From a virus (Duplodnaviria > Caudoviricetes): a stretch of 61,871 nt of DNA. The position numbers and the translations under genes were made by a program. Each line of letters opens with the position of its first letter. The first letter of the stretch is position 1. Positions 39,501 through 47,349 of this stretch are shown piece by piece. The DNA is taken from positions 1 through 61,871 of the IMG/VR virus record IMGVR_UViG_3300024972_000005; one strand, 5' to 3'. The notes beneath the pieces were generated by a model. It did not search any database and had not been told where the DNA came from. It saw nothing but the letters and a program-made list of their open reading frames with translations.

Positions 39501-42396
39501 CTGCATTACCTGTTTCATCTTCAAACTCCTCTTTTAACATACGCAGTAATGCGCGTTCAATTTCTGGCTGTGGTTGTCCTTTCATAGATTCAGCCAGTGA
39601 AGCGTCAATTTCTGCAAGCGCTTCTGCACCATACTTAGCGGTGGCTTGTGTCACCAGTTCATCTAGCAATGCCTGTTCGTCATCGCTCAATTCGCTGATA
39701 GCATTAGCATATTCCTCATATTTCTTTTGCGCCAGTGTTTCCTGTGCTTCTGCGGTCAATACGTCAACGCCTGACATAGCATCAGCAATCGCATTGCCTA
39801 AATCCGCTACGCTTTCACCTACCGGATAACCCTGCTCTTTAAGCAGTTCGCGCATAGTGTCAGCGTCTAAGCCGTTTTTATTGAAACTGCGCTTAATACC
39901 AGCGCCATGCTGTTTCATATCGGCAGGATTAATACCAAATTCAGCTTTGGCTTTATCAGCATTCAGGCCACCTAGTTTAGCAATTGCCTGCATTAAGCCG
40001 TCTTTGGTGGTGTCCAGCTTCATGCGTTCTTCCAGCATGGCTTTGGCTAGTTTGCTTTTCTTATCTTTTGCTGCTAACTGTTCTGGTGTACTTGCAGCCT
40101 GGTCATGTAATTGCATCAGTACTTCGCTGAATGCTTTGTTCTTTTTACCGAGTAAATTAGCAAAGTTCTTGAACTGTTTAGGCGATACTTTCTTGCCTGC
40201 CATAAAATCTTTAGCGGCTTTCAGTGCCGGATCAAAACTTGGGTGCTTGTCGGCTGTAGCGCGTAGTTTAGTGAGTTGCTCGACTAATGGGCGTACTGTG
40301 TCGGTAGGTTGTACAGATTCGTTTACCGGTGTGATAGCAGGTAATAAATTATTGCTCTGCGCATAGTTACGCGCCTTGCTACCCTCTTCGTTCAACTCTT
40401 GCAAGTGTTGAAGAATTGGCACAGCTTCGTATTTCTCTGGATTTACTTTGTCCGCTACCGATTTTTGGAAAGTTTCCATGATCGTTTCGCCCGTTGCTTT
40501 ATCACGGATAACCCAACTTGAATCACGGCTTAGACTATTTGTTTTTCCGCTATCTGTATCAGACGCAACATAATTCTGTACACCATTTGCAGTTTCATCG
40601 ACACGTTCTGGCAATGTGGCTGTGGTATCGACATTGGTTGCACTTGTAACACGCTCAAATCCATTTTCAGTTTTAACATACGGCACACCGCCAACATCGA
40701 CCTGTTCACCGACTGCTACCTTAGTCATATCAACATCATTGCTTGTGGCGCTGACAGTTTCTAATGGCTTAGTTGGATCACCGTTTTTCAGCCAATCTTT
40801 AAAGGCTGGTGTTGTCAGTTCAGTAACAGACTTGCCGCCATTCCAATCATCGGCATAGTTTGTCTTGTAGATTGCTATGGCTTCATCTGCGGTTTCTGCA
40901 CCTAAAATAGCTTTGTGTTCATCAAAGCTGCCGTCTTTCTTGGTCTGGTTAATGACGAATACTTTGCCGCTTGCAGGTTTGTCACCGACAAAAACATCAA
41001 GGTTATCGCCGTCATTGCCTTTGGTGCGCTTGATATAACCATAGTGATGTTGCAGCGTATTGCTCCACGGCTTGCCATCTTCGTCCGTGCCGCTACGGGT
41101 AGAACCCTGTGGGTTCTCAACGGTAATATTGAGGCCGTCATATTTGATATGGCCTTTTTTGTAGTTACCGGCTGCAGCCTGCGCTTCTGTAGGCTGTGGC
41201 AGATCATTAAGCGGTGAGGTTGCTGCCTGTTGTGCCAGTTCATCAATGCGCTGTTTTTCTGCCGCCTGTTCCGGCGCAATGGTGGGCGCTGGTGCGTCCA
41301 TCGGCGCATTGGCCTGGGCTTGCTGTGCCTCGACTGCATTTAGTGAATCAACGATATTAGGCTTGGCTTCGGTTGTAACGTCAGGCGTTACAGGTTGTGG
41401 AGTGAGGCCAACGGCTTGCGCAATAGTAGCTGCGGAAGTCAGTGAACCTTCTGGGGCTGGTGGCGCTGGTGGTGGCGTGACTTGGGTATCATCTTTGCCG
41501 CCAAAATGGTTAAGGGCGTTTGCGCCGCCGCCCATTAAGCCGCCGGATAATGCGCCCATTGCTGCTGCATTGCCTACGCCTTCGCCAATCGGTTTATCCA
41601 GTGACAGATTAAGCGCCGCTTGTTCCTGTGCAGACTGTGGCATTTCTTCCAGCACGCCTTCACTAACAACACCACCTACAATCGCTTTCGGTAGGCTGGT
41701 TGCCATCTGTGCCGGAGTAAGTTTCCCTTGTGCCAGCATGGTATCAATATCTGCAATGCCAAGTTTCTGCGCAATACTGCCACTTGCCGCACTGATTGCA
41801 CCGGTCAACAATCCGCTACCGGCCTGAATCGCCGCCTGCTTGCCTGTCAGCAATCCGTCATTTGTTTCTTGGCGTAACTGTTCTGCATTTTGGCCTGCGG
41901 TTACAACACCTTCACCGGCTGCACCGGCAATTACTGGCGCAAGTTTTGGCGCTACGGTAAGTAATCCACGCGCACCAACACCACCCAATCCCATGACCGG
42001 CAATGATTCTGCGGTGGTCTGTGCAATGGTGGACGGATTTTGTAGCGCCGCCTTGATCGTATTAACAAAGCCATCAGCCTCTTGCACTTTCTGGTTTGCA
42101 AGTTTCTGTTCTGGGCTGTAATAGTCACTGATAATGGCCTTGGCTTGCTTGGGCTTAAAGCCTGCGCTTTCTGCCAGTTTACCGGCATGACCACCAGTAA
42201 CAAGGTCAGCAATACCTACCATTGTTTCCGGCACGCCAATAGCGCCTTTCAATAACGAAATACCTGTATCACCCAATGCCCTACGAATTGTGCTTGATTC
42301 TGGCTGCGCTTTATTGCCTGGCTCACTGGTGTCAAATGGGTCAACAATATTGCTTGCTGTATCGGCGCTATCGAATGGGTCAATGATTTCATTCAT
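30526..42396 (-). CDS. Giant polyvalent (DarB-like) internal virion/ejection protein
   Basis: 3956 aa; pyrophosphatase-like (DGDNLDVF), C5-MTase-like (PC, ENP), LPD5/LPD1-like (GEKIGGARKD, FGFRGVEFGNW, HEFFH), ART-like (HGT...GYDGV), HESTH zincin, LPD38-like C-terminus. Confidence 0.88.
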   Translation of the reverse strand: MNEIIDPFDSADTASNIVDPFDTSEPGNKAQPESSTIRRALGDTGISLLKGAIGVPETMVGIADLVTGGHAGKLAESAGFKPKQAKAIISDYYSPEQKLANQKVQEADGFVNTIKAALQNPSTIAQTTAESLPVMGLGGVGARGLLTVAPKLAPVIAGAAGEGVVTAGQNAEQLRQETNDGLLTGKQAAIQAGSGLLTGAISAASGSIAQKLGIADIDTMLAQGKLTPAQMATSLPKAIVGGVVSEGVLEEMPQSAQEQAALNLSLDKPIGEGVGNAAAMGALSGGLMGGGANALNHFGGKDDTQVTPPPAPPAPEGSLTSAATIAQAVGLTPQPVTPDVTTEAKPNIVDSLNAVEAQQAQANAPMDAPAPTIAPEQAAEKQRIDELAQQAATSPLNDLPQPTEAQAAAGNYKKGHIKYDGLNITVENPQGSTRSGTDEDGKPWSNTLQHHYGYIKRTKGNDGDNLDVFVGDKPASGKVFVINQTKKDGSFDEHKAILGAETADEAIAIYKTNYADDWNGGKSVTELTTPAFKDWLKNGDPTKPLETVSATSNDVDMTKVAVGEQVDVGGVPYVKTENGFERVTSATNVDTTATLPERVDETANGVQNYVASDTDSGKTNSLSRDSSWVIRDKATGETIMETFQKSVADKVNPEKYEAVPILQHLQELNEEGSKARNYAQSNNLLPAITPVNESVQPTDTVRPLVEQLTKLRATADKHPSFDPALKAAKDFMAGKKVSPKQFKNFANLLGKKNKAFSEVLMQLHDQAASTPEQLAAKDKKSKLAKAMLEERMKLDTTKDGLMQAIAKLGGLNADKAKAEFGINPADMKQHGAGIKRSFNKNGLDADTMRELLKEQGYPVGESVADLGNAIADAMSGVDVLTAEAQETLAQKKYEEYANAISELSDDEQALLDELVTQATAKYGAEALAEIDASLAESMKGQPQPEIERALLRMLKEEFEDETGNAGTSQVTAGKAGQDTEGSGTENDSRRAQQDGASNEDQGSETSQDLLGDSTAAKQAIADAERAKDAKRNSGTDNQDTFNLTGSNSEADQAAAAGAQDLFSAPQTEIPAEETGVDDKELKKIVSEFDDYQQAMLEDDFQVHHLFDQPAKNEIVRLQDKAKVYHKDHGWMTVEQAKAKIAEWKEHAAGQYENGKTRSANNQKVVLSLFDLTGSWSKPWEEAGYQVYRFDIQDEIMDEIDGETININDINNFSSQLFNDYFGGFEGNDIYAILAATPCTDFASSGARHFAAKDADGRTAQSVQLVHMTLATIEHFKPSVWAIENPVGRIEKLGSLPPWRLSFDPNHLGDPYTKKTLLWGRFNADLPVAPVEPTEGSKMHTQYGGKSLATKNARSATPEGFSYGFFMANNAADHPEMAIANKHDRLDRDLITKAIKAGVTEAQIDEAVEDYYYMDMDDDAANEAIQELIDGEIEDDNADDDTQPAIRLESPAEQPKPETKPAENIQDLGEKIGGARKDTAVSTGTKAKRTNRNPDVPTWAKRYNIVEIAIATDKKDAGTWSIYDSRDKNRFGHPREIGKGFASKEAAIAELPALVVGAKHRVVATAQRADGTYGFEIYRSINDRKRVKIVDKEFDSRVEALTYMGEHAAEILETNTTFGEVDLPTPDDTNRIGVERRSDDVQSQDFMDTFGFRGVEFGNWNNQIERQQVMNAAYDGLLDLAEVLNLPPKSLTLNGDLALAFGARGQGLSSAKAHYERHKSVINLTKMNGAGSLAHEFFHALDHYLGRQDGKASSEWITDSDGTRSLKVKDAEDDMVSSGFSYKSNVRDEVRAAYKDLMETMFRKATTYVEDTQQADKFVATAKEDLASKLDSIRNDLSAQKDPKYYKRNNKPATAEQLAEFDTIAKQLLDGQSLDAEYRAIDDGKKRTRKWQLPSGRHTNDALEKISAIYKAVRGRNGFDSQNNHGTLDYLRGTMSRYSGRLKMLADAQQGSEKVKYVPSDFALNAKELDQGRGTDYWTTPHEMAARAFQGYVEDKVAATGGKSPFLNYGREGAGILTPWGVKFPFPRGEERKAINAALDKFVSALQTKETDKSTSLYSRGDGFKNNQSSLNANNKPIYSTKEGIANFWEWFNGFRDQALERPAAGGENARGLRATTARPAGQPYGLDDQGRPKIFLHGTASDFSTFDFEHAQRKDHGWLGDGVYLTDDPLLAQSYSNLKAGDAAPNIMPVYAAIHNPFYATIQDKQKLQKYSKADIKAFTERLKAEGYDGVVLQFNDETSEVVALYPNQVKSAVGNNGDFDTQNNDILYSRPSAPTFYSALAIAIPQAKQDAMPAGQWKSWLIANAGKMNVKQAELQWSGLTDWLDLQQGKVSKADIQQYLDANGVQVTETMLGSFDNSIALKNLKDAGYTFATDLSGEKSLIDKNGDDVELDDLPESLQKDFMSLEGEYESLTSTKYGKYTVAGGENYKELLLTLPDGSEAQSGLDGYIQELRDRGTDLANQYDDAATDAQRQELQRQISDNARELNGVLNNRVSKGNKYRSSHFDQPNILAHVRFDERIDADGNKVLFINEIQSDWGQEGKKKGFKTDSLSKAERDDFEKLKLIPHRKLTQQQVSDLLYYQSTEKVGVIPPAPFVTETKSWVSLALKRMVRYAAENGFDKVALINGQQAADLYDLSKVIGYLNLNEPAKTPGFNKDIKTRYVLEGYQSADSLEPIMVKGFNDLSELDDIIGKEAAKQLVDKVNADGYIGVAELRGEQLAVGGHGMRVFYDQIVPQVANDVLKKIGGGKVEKVDIGAISGVNDYGESIDESVTPSEESNQLGFTITPELRAKALEGLPLFSRPQSKFSQKSKNIDIRDLNAVVANVNQALRGLPLTHVLEDYTKAPAELVADIKRDKAYDAAGAWHNGEIYLFRNNIINTNHALFTMLHESTHEGLRRVFGKEIDATLMGIYLSNKDIKQQADALRATHKDLSLVGSVEESLADMGGNGIKASVMDKLVAFVRNFLRRLGMNLTVSDGEVRVLVTRALDSLKSPSKVTHYTIGSAYSKPTPRLSPVVQSNTPNQQWQNPDKSKLDNVIYMLQNKFVDLKRVIQGIQKAGNSIDDKWNPYLQEELYTGRTATRTKDFIKHELEPLMKSMQARKVDMADFEEYLWARHAEERNIQIAKINPAMQDGGSGMTTQDARDYLANLTPVQSANYQALAAKVDAILKNSRQRLISYGLETPETIAAWEGAYQHYVPLMREDMDNGFGNGSGQGFSVKGNASKRATGSNRAVVDVLANIAQQVERNIIRGEKNRVSTALVGLATLNPNKDFWKVDVVPTMRTVVAGKNSYEVLYNGSLVQPFTNPVEANKFIQWNGAGYTLNVVKGQDLVMDVPDPSYKSRDNVVVARIVNANGKIEEHFVEFNTHDERAMRSAAAIKNLDQDQIGELLGTSARITRYFSSINTQYNPFFGVINILRDVQGSLLNLSSTPLSGKQVDVLKNTPLALIGIYNDIRSERKTGTPTNSYWSLLFEDFQKQGGQTGYRDMFRNAKERGEALRHALDPTWWQQTTAGKIVSINGILAKPEQFLIEKGQQYIFDWLSDYNESMENAVRLSAYKVGLDNGMAKAQAASLAKNISVNFNRKGEMGRQIGSLYAFFNASVQGTARIGETLFTDNNGKLTLSKAGKAIVTGGLLLGVMQALMLAAAGFGDDEPPDFVRDRNLIIPLGNKKAITIAMPLGFNALPAFGRILTEWALSGGKDTSKRFVHIFDMLADVTNPIGNAGLSMQTIAPTILDPVAALAENKDWTNRPIAKMDFNAQKPTAGHTRAKDTASAISKALSYYINAATGGTDYTPGALSPTPDQIDYLIGQLTGGVGREYMKLEQTATSMTTGEDLPVYKIPLVGRFYLDAEGQSSQSSRFYDNLKAVFETETELKGMRKDGIDTSEYRASHPEAALVFRANLEQREISQLHKMRSDRIKVDAAPEEIKMLNERITARMLRFNELFIARTETGE

Positions 42397-42399
42397 GGC

Positions 42400-44073
42400 T
42401 TAGTTTCCGTATTTTTTAGTATAGAACTGTGTTAATTCGGCATCGGTTGCGTTTGGATTAGCGGCTCTGGCCTTTACCATAAATTGATTCAATGATGGCT
42501 TCGCTGCCGCATTTGGATTAGCGCCTTTCGGATAGCGATAATCCTTGATGCTAGGGTCGTACACGTAAGACGGCACTTTCTGCATCTGGCCTGAATCCTC
42601 GTTGTACACTTCCCCACCCTGCACTACGATTTCCTTGTTATCCTTGCTAGTGAATAGCGGCGCTAACTGCTCCCTGCGTTTAGGGTCTGTTTTAGGATTC
42701 ATGTACTCTTGCAGCAACGCCGTCTTGACCGCTTCATCTGCATTGTTGATGCTTGCTACATCACGGCTTGCATTGGCAGCAATGCCGGTCTGTGCAATAT
42801 CGGTTTCGGATGCCAGTTTCGGTTTCAGCAAATCAAGCTGATTCAGTTCACGGTTATTCATTGGTGAAGTCGGGGTCTTATCCAGGGCAGAATCTTTCGC
42901 CGCCTGATTCGCAATAAAATCCTGAATGCCTTTGTCGCCGCCATTACGCAGATCGGCATATGAAGTGCTGTCACCACGCTGGACTTCCACCACATCGCCC
43001 TGCTGACGTGCCGCAATTACGGCTTGGCCTTCCGGTGCGTTGTAGAAATCATTGATTAGTGCCCAACGCTTATTGAACTGCTCTTGAGTTTCCACCGGCA
43101 CAACGGCTGAACCGTCCACATTGGCAGGATTTCCATTTTGAAAGTCCATGCCCTGTGTCTGGTTGACCGGCTGCACGTAGCTTGGTACTGGCGCATGGTT
43201 GACGTTTGTGAGATCAATGCCGGTACGCGCCTTGTATGCTGCATAAGGGTCTGCGCCAACATCAGCCTGCGGCTGTGCCTGTACAGATGGCTGTGCCTGT
43301 GTTGCAGGATTCGCGGCAGTCTTACCGGCTTTGGGCGGTTTGGCTGGTTTTGGCACGCTGGTGCTGGTAGCGGCTGGTTTGGCCTGTACATTCTGCGCAA
43401 TGGTAGGTTTGGTATCTGCAGGCGCGGCTGCGGCTGTTTTGATAGCACCTGTCGCCGGTTTTGCGCTGGCTGGTTCTGGTTTAGCTGCGGCTGTTGGCGC
43501 TGGTGCGGCACTGGCTGCAGGTGTCCAGCCTAATGATGCTTGCAGTCCTGACTTAATGGATTGTGCAAGAGGCGCAACAATAGGCGGCGGTGACAATTCT
43601 TTTGCCTTATCAACCACTGCATCTGTCATGCCATATTCGTTTGGTCGTTGCATCCCTAGTGACGCGGCAATCGTATTAGCACCGGCATCCAATACTGGTG
43701 CAACGTATTTTGCGGCATTCACACCGGCTCTTTGCATCACATTAACCGGCGCATAAGCTGCGATCGTTTTTGCCACGGGCGAGTTAATCACGTCCGATGC
43801 AGACACGTCAGGCAATGCATTTGGCTGCTGATTCAGTAGCGGCTGTACATTCACGTCCGGCATGCTGACGTTAGGCACGTTCATCGGTGGCGCGTAGTTG
43901 GTTTTCTGAAAGCCTGCAGGCTGTGCCGGTGCTTTGGATGGCGTCTGCGGAATCGGCAACGTAGCACGCACCGGCGAACGGTTCACCGGCTGCGGTTTAG
44001 GCATCACATAGTCAGCAATAGACTTTGCATTGGGGTCGTTTTTAGGTTCTTGCAGGTAATTAAGTTGTGCCAT
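42400..44073 (-). CDS. Pro/Ala/Gln-rich putative ejection protein
   Basis: 557 aa low complexity, immediately upstream of giant protein. Confidence 0.65.
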   Translation of the reverse strand: MAQLNYLQEPKNDPNAKSIADYVMPKPQPVNRSPVRATLPIPQTPSKAPAQPAGFQKTNYAPPMNVPNVSMPDVNVQPLLNQQPNALPDVSASDVINSPVAKTIAAYAPVNVMQRAGVNAAKYVAPVLDAGANTIAASLGMQRPNEYGMTDAVVDKAKELSPPPIVAPLAQSIKSGLQASLGWTPAASAAPAPTAAAKPEPASAKPATGAIKTAAAAPADTKPTIAQNVQAKPAATSTSVPKPAKPPKAGKTAANPATQAQPSVQAQPQADVGADPYAAYKARTGIDLTNVNHAPVPSYVQPVNQTQGMDFQNGNPANVDGSAVVPVETQEQFNKRWALINDFYNAPEGQAVIAARQQGDVVEVQRGDSTSYADLRNGGDKGIQDFIANQAAKDSALDKTPTSPMNNRELNQLDLLKPKLASETDIAQTGIAANASRDVASINNADEAVKTALLQEYMNPKTDPKRREQLAPLFTSKDNKEIVVQGGEVYNEDSGQMQKVPSYVYDPSIKDYRYPKGANPNAAAKPSLNQFMVKARAANPNATDAELTQFYTKKYGN

Positions 44074-44085
44074 GATAGTGTCCTA

Positions 44086-46005
44086 TTAAGCCGTGTGACG
44101 ATATTCGTGTTGTTCAGAAAACGAAGTGCTGTTTGAAGTCGTTTCGCTGGTGTTATTCGCTTCGGAACTACTGATAGAAGCGCCCTCGCTGTATGAGGTA
44201 GAGCCAGAAAGATTGACTGCAGACAGGGCAGAAGCGGCAAGCTGTGCTGATACTTGTGCGCCAGAGGTCATGCTTGCAATCAGTAATTCGACTGCCTTCA
44301 TGAGTTTATTCACGTTGGCCTGTGCTGCTGCAACCTGCACCTGTGCTTCACCTAACACATACTGCACATCAGAGCGGTAAATATCGGCCTCGGCAGATGC
44401 GCGTGCGCTTTCGGAAGATGCAATGGAAGCGAATACACGACCTTCGGTGTCGAAGTTATTATTCAGTGAAGCCAGGCGTGAAGATTCGGCAGTGACCAGT
44501 TTTTCATAGGCGCTGACGCGGCTCTCGAATAATTTAAGTGGGATTTCCTGCTGTGTTTTGACCTGTGCTTCATGCTCTGCCACTCGCGCACCGGTCAAGG
44601 CCGCATAGCCATCCACCTGTGATTTGTAGGCATCGGCCTGCACCTTGAATACCTCGGCCTTGCTGACCTGCGCTTTAACCTGTGTTGCAAAACCTTCATA
44701 CTCGGTCGCTTTCGCACGCACCAGTTCGCCATAGGCTTGGATTTGCGCAGCAAACTGCTCAATGTAATTGCGGTTAATGCCAGATTTTGCTGTGGCGGCA
44801 TCGACTTGGGCTTTATAAATCTCGATGTTAGCGAGTACGCCCTGCAGCGTGGCCTTGTACTGTTCCACTTGCTGCAAATTGAGTTCACCAATCAGCTTTT
44901 GGCCTTCCAGTTCGGCCTTGTAAATCTCAAGTTTGCTTAGTTCGGCATCAATGCGCTGTTTCCATACCTGCGCTTTAATGGAAAATGCCTGGGTCTTGGC
45001 GTTGTAACCGGAAACGGTGGCTTGAAAGAGGTCGATACCGGCGCGTAATGTCGCGTAGGCGACTTCGTAGGCGCGTTGTGCGACTTGGTTAGCGTATGTC
45101 AGTAATTGGCCTTCAAGCTGTACCCCTGTTGTCACCGCAAAATGCCTGTTTTGTTGTTCCAAGTCTGCTTGTTTAAGCATGACCTCACGGGAAAGTCCAC
45201 TGTCTTTGTTCGCTGCGTCTTGCATTGCAAGTTGAATCGCGGTCTGCATTGCGCCTTGGGGTACGGCAAAGCCACGGCCTGCCATATTGCTGCGAATCGT
45301 GTCGATGGCGCGGCTTGCACTCAAGTCCTCGCGCTCACGACCTCGATCCCAAATGGCTTGTTCTACGGCAGGGTCTAAGCCGGTTGCCGCGCCGTTCACC
45401 CACTCGGATAAAAAGGCTTTCAGGCCATCCAGTAACGTGCTGGAATATGCTGGTTCAACAAATGTAAATGTGCCGCTTGGTGGGCTGGCTAGATCATCCA
45501 GCGTGTCATTAAAGTCTGTAATGGTGAGGTTCGGTGCGTCCGGCAAATTAATGGCAAAAGCGCTCGGTACAGATGGCAGGGTAATGGTTGGCGCGTCCGG
45601 CATCAGGATCACATCAAGTTCCGGCGTGTTAGGCAGGGTTGCACTTAATGCGGTTGGCGGTGCGATATTCAGGTCAATATCCGGCAATGCCGCTGTGAAT
45701 AACGGGGCATCAGGAATGGTCAGTGCGCCCACATCGGTCAGTGTCGGTTCTGATGGCGCTGCCGGAAAGTCCGTATTGAGATCGGGGGCAACCGGCGCAG
45801 CCGGTAATGTGACAGGTGTGATTGATCTTGATACCGGCAACACGTCCACGCTAATATCAGGAATATCCAGTAGTTGATTACCGGCATTTTCGATTTCACC
45901 CAGAAAACCAGTAGCCTCGCTGTAAGAGTTGGAAGCGTAATCCTGCGCCCTTGCCCACCCTTCCTGTACCAAGCTGTTTGCATCACCTGTTAATCCGATT
46001 GGCAT
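44086..46005 (-). CDS. Putative virion/ejection protein (Pro-rich N-terminus, long coiled coil)
   Basis: About 639 aa from MPIGL with GGAG RBS. Confidence 0.7.
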   Translation of the reverse strand: MPIGLTGDANSLVQEGWARAQDYASNSYSEATGFLGEIENAGNQLLDIPDISVDVLPVSRSITPVTLPAAPVAPDLNTDFPAAPSEPTLTDVGALTIPDAPLFTAALPDIDLNIAPPTALSATLPNTPELDVILMPDAPTITLPSVPSAFAINLPDAPNLTITDFNDTLDDLASPPSGTFTFVEPAYSSTLLDGLKAFLSEWVNGAATGLDPAVEQAIWDRGREREDLSASRAIDTIRSNMAGRGFAVPQGAMQTAIQLAMQDAANKDSGLSREVMLKQADLEQQNRHFAVTTGVQLEGQLLTYANQVAQRAYEVAYATLRAGIDLFQATVSGYNAKTQAFSIKAQVWKQRIDAELSKLEIYKAELEGQKLIGELNLQQVEQYKATLQGVLANIEIYKAQVDAATAKSGINRNYIEQFAAQIQAYGELVRAKATEYEGFATQVKAQVSKAEVFKVQADAYKSQVDGYAALTGARVAEHEAQVKTQQEIPLKLFESRVSAYEKLVTAESSRLASLNNNFDTEGRVFASIASSESARASAEADIYRSDVQYVLGEAQVQVAAAQANVNKLMKAVELLIASMTSGAQVSAQLAASALSAVNLSGSTSYSEGASISSSEANNTSETTSNSTSFSEQHEYRHTA

Positions 46006-46027
46006 TTGCTGCTCCTTCAATGGACGT

Positions 46028-46050
46028 AAAAAAACCGCCGATTGGCGGTT
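46028..46050 (-). terminator. Rho-independent terminator
   Basis: AACCGCC-AATC-GGCGG followed by T7. Confidence 0.7.
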
Positions 46051-46056
46051 GTGGTT

Positions 46057-47349
46057 TTAATATTCGATTTCCAGTTTTCTTTTACTGGAAATGTAGTTGA
46101 TACAGTTTGCTTTGCTTTGCTGATGCCCAGGTAATTGCTTCAACGCAACCAGACCGTCATCAAATGACCATTTCACCGCCTCACTGATGTTTGTGGTAAC
46201 AAGGCGAGATCCGACTATGTAATCGGTTTCTGCTGACATTTTGGTGGCGGTGAAGGTTTCAATCTCGACCAGACCGCCCTGCTGCGTCCACAATGATGTA
46301 CCTTCGCTGGCAGGAAATGAATTTACCACCAGCGCAGTCGCGCCATCCGCGCTTACATCGGAAGCGTAGGCATCAATGCCCAGGCTAATCTGCCGTGATT
46401 CATCGGGCGACCAAAGGTAAGCGTGTCGATGCGGTGCGAAAAATCCGGCATAACCGACCACAATACCGTTATCCGATGCGGCATAAGGCACATGCAGGTC
46501 ATTGCCGATTTCAGACAGGAACGGCATCAGCTTCAAGCTGTTGTCGGTATATCTGAAACTGGTGGTTTGCAGCGTGAAATGCATATTGTTTGCACGTCCA
46601 ACGATGTGCTTGCCATTTCTTGAGATGCCAGAGCCGAGGATAGGATCACCAAAACCGCCCCTGCCACCCAATCCAACCATGCCGGTTTCTTCCGTCCACC
46701 TGAATGCACGTTGATAAGAACCCACGCCGGTGATGTTTTCCTGGCTGCTGCCGGTGATAACCGTTCCATCTTCTGAAATGCCGGTTGCATAGCTGATTTC
46801 AGCGCCGAAATCTATCTGGTCATCAGACAGTGCCCCAAGGTCTTGCATCCCCGTTTCTTTAGTCCACCTGAATGCATGGGTGGTATTTTCACCGGCAACA
46901 AACACATTGCATGAACCTACCACCACCCTGCCATCCTGCGATACGCCAAACGCCTCGCTGCCAAATTCGGCATTGTCACTGGCGCTGCCGCTAATAAACC
47001 CTAAATTAATCGGTTCTTCATCTTCAAGCCACAATGTTGCATGGTTCACACCGTCAATAATCGTGTAACCAGCAATCGCCAGTCGGGAGCTTTCATAATT
47101 AAATTCAAGTTTATTGGCTAACACTACTGGATTGCCGACCGGCACTAATATCCTGACTTCATCCTGTCCAAATATTGATGATACGATGATGCGCACGCCG
47201 TTCTGCAGGTCTTTCGTCCAGCTTAGTTGCTTGATGCCGCCATAGCGCATGATGTTCTTCATTTCTCCCAGGATCTTGCGGCCTTGCCCGATATACGGGT
47301 CGGCTTCCCTGCCGGATAGCCTGCGCCTGATTACGCCGTTCTCTTTCAT
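46057..47349 (-). CDS. HAF-repeat beta-propeller protein, putative tail spike/receptor-binding protein
   Basis: HAFRWTKETGMQDLG, RAFRWTEETGMVGLG, A.GVS.DG..VVG repeats after a phage-type N-terminal segment. Confidence 0.8.
   Translation of the reverse strand: MKENGVIRRRLSGREADPYIGQGRKILGEMKNIMRYGGIKQLSWTKDLQNGVRIIVSSIFGQDEVRILVPVGNPVVLANKLEFNYESSRLAIAGYTIIDGVNHATLWLEDEEPINLGFISGSASDNAEFGSEAFGVSQDGRVVVGSCNVFVAGENTTHAFRWTKETGMQDLGALSDDQIDFGAEISYATGISEDGTVITGSSQENITGVGSYQRAFRWTEETGMVGLGGRGGFGDPILGSGISRNGKHIVGRANNMHFTLQTTSFRYTDNSLKLMPFLSEIGNDLHVPYAASDNGIVVGYAGFFAPHRHAYLWSPDESRQISLGIDAYASDVSADGATALVVNSFPASEGTSLWTQQGGLVEIETFTATKMSAETDYIVGSRLVTTNISEAVKWSFDDGLVALKQLPGHQQSKANCINYISSKRKLEIEY

Noticed and set aside
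2692-47349. Additional remote DGR targets in fibre, LamG or HAF genes
   Set aside because: No further copy of the TR 3' block GCAGGGCGCGTGCTGTCCGCAGA was found by eye; a BLAST of TR against the genome would be decisive.
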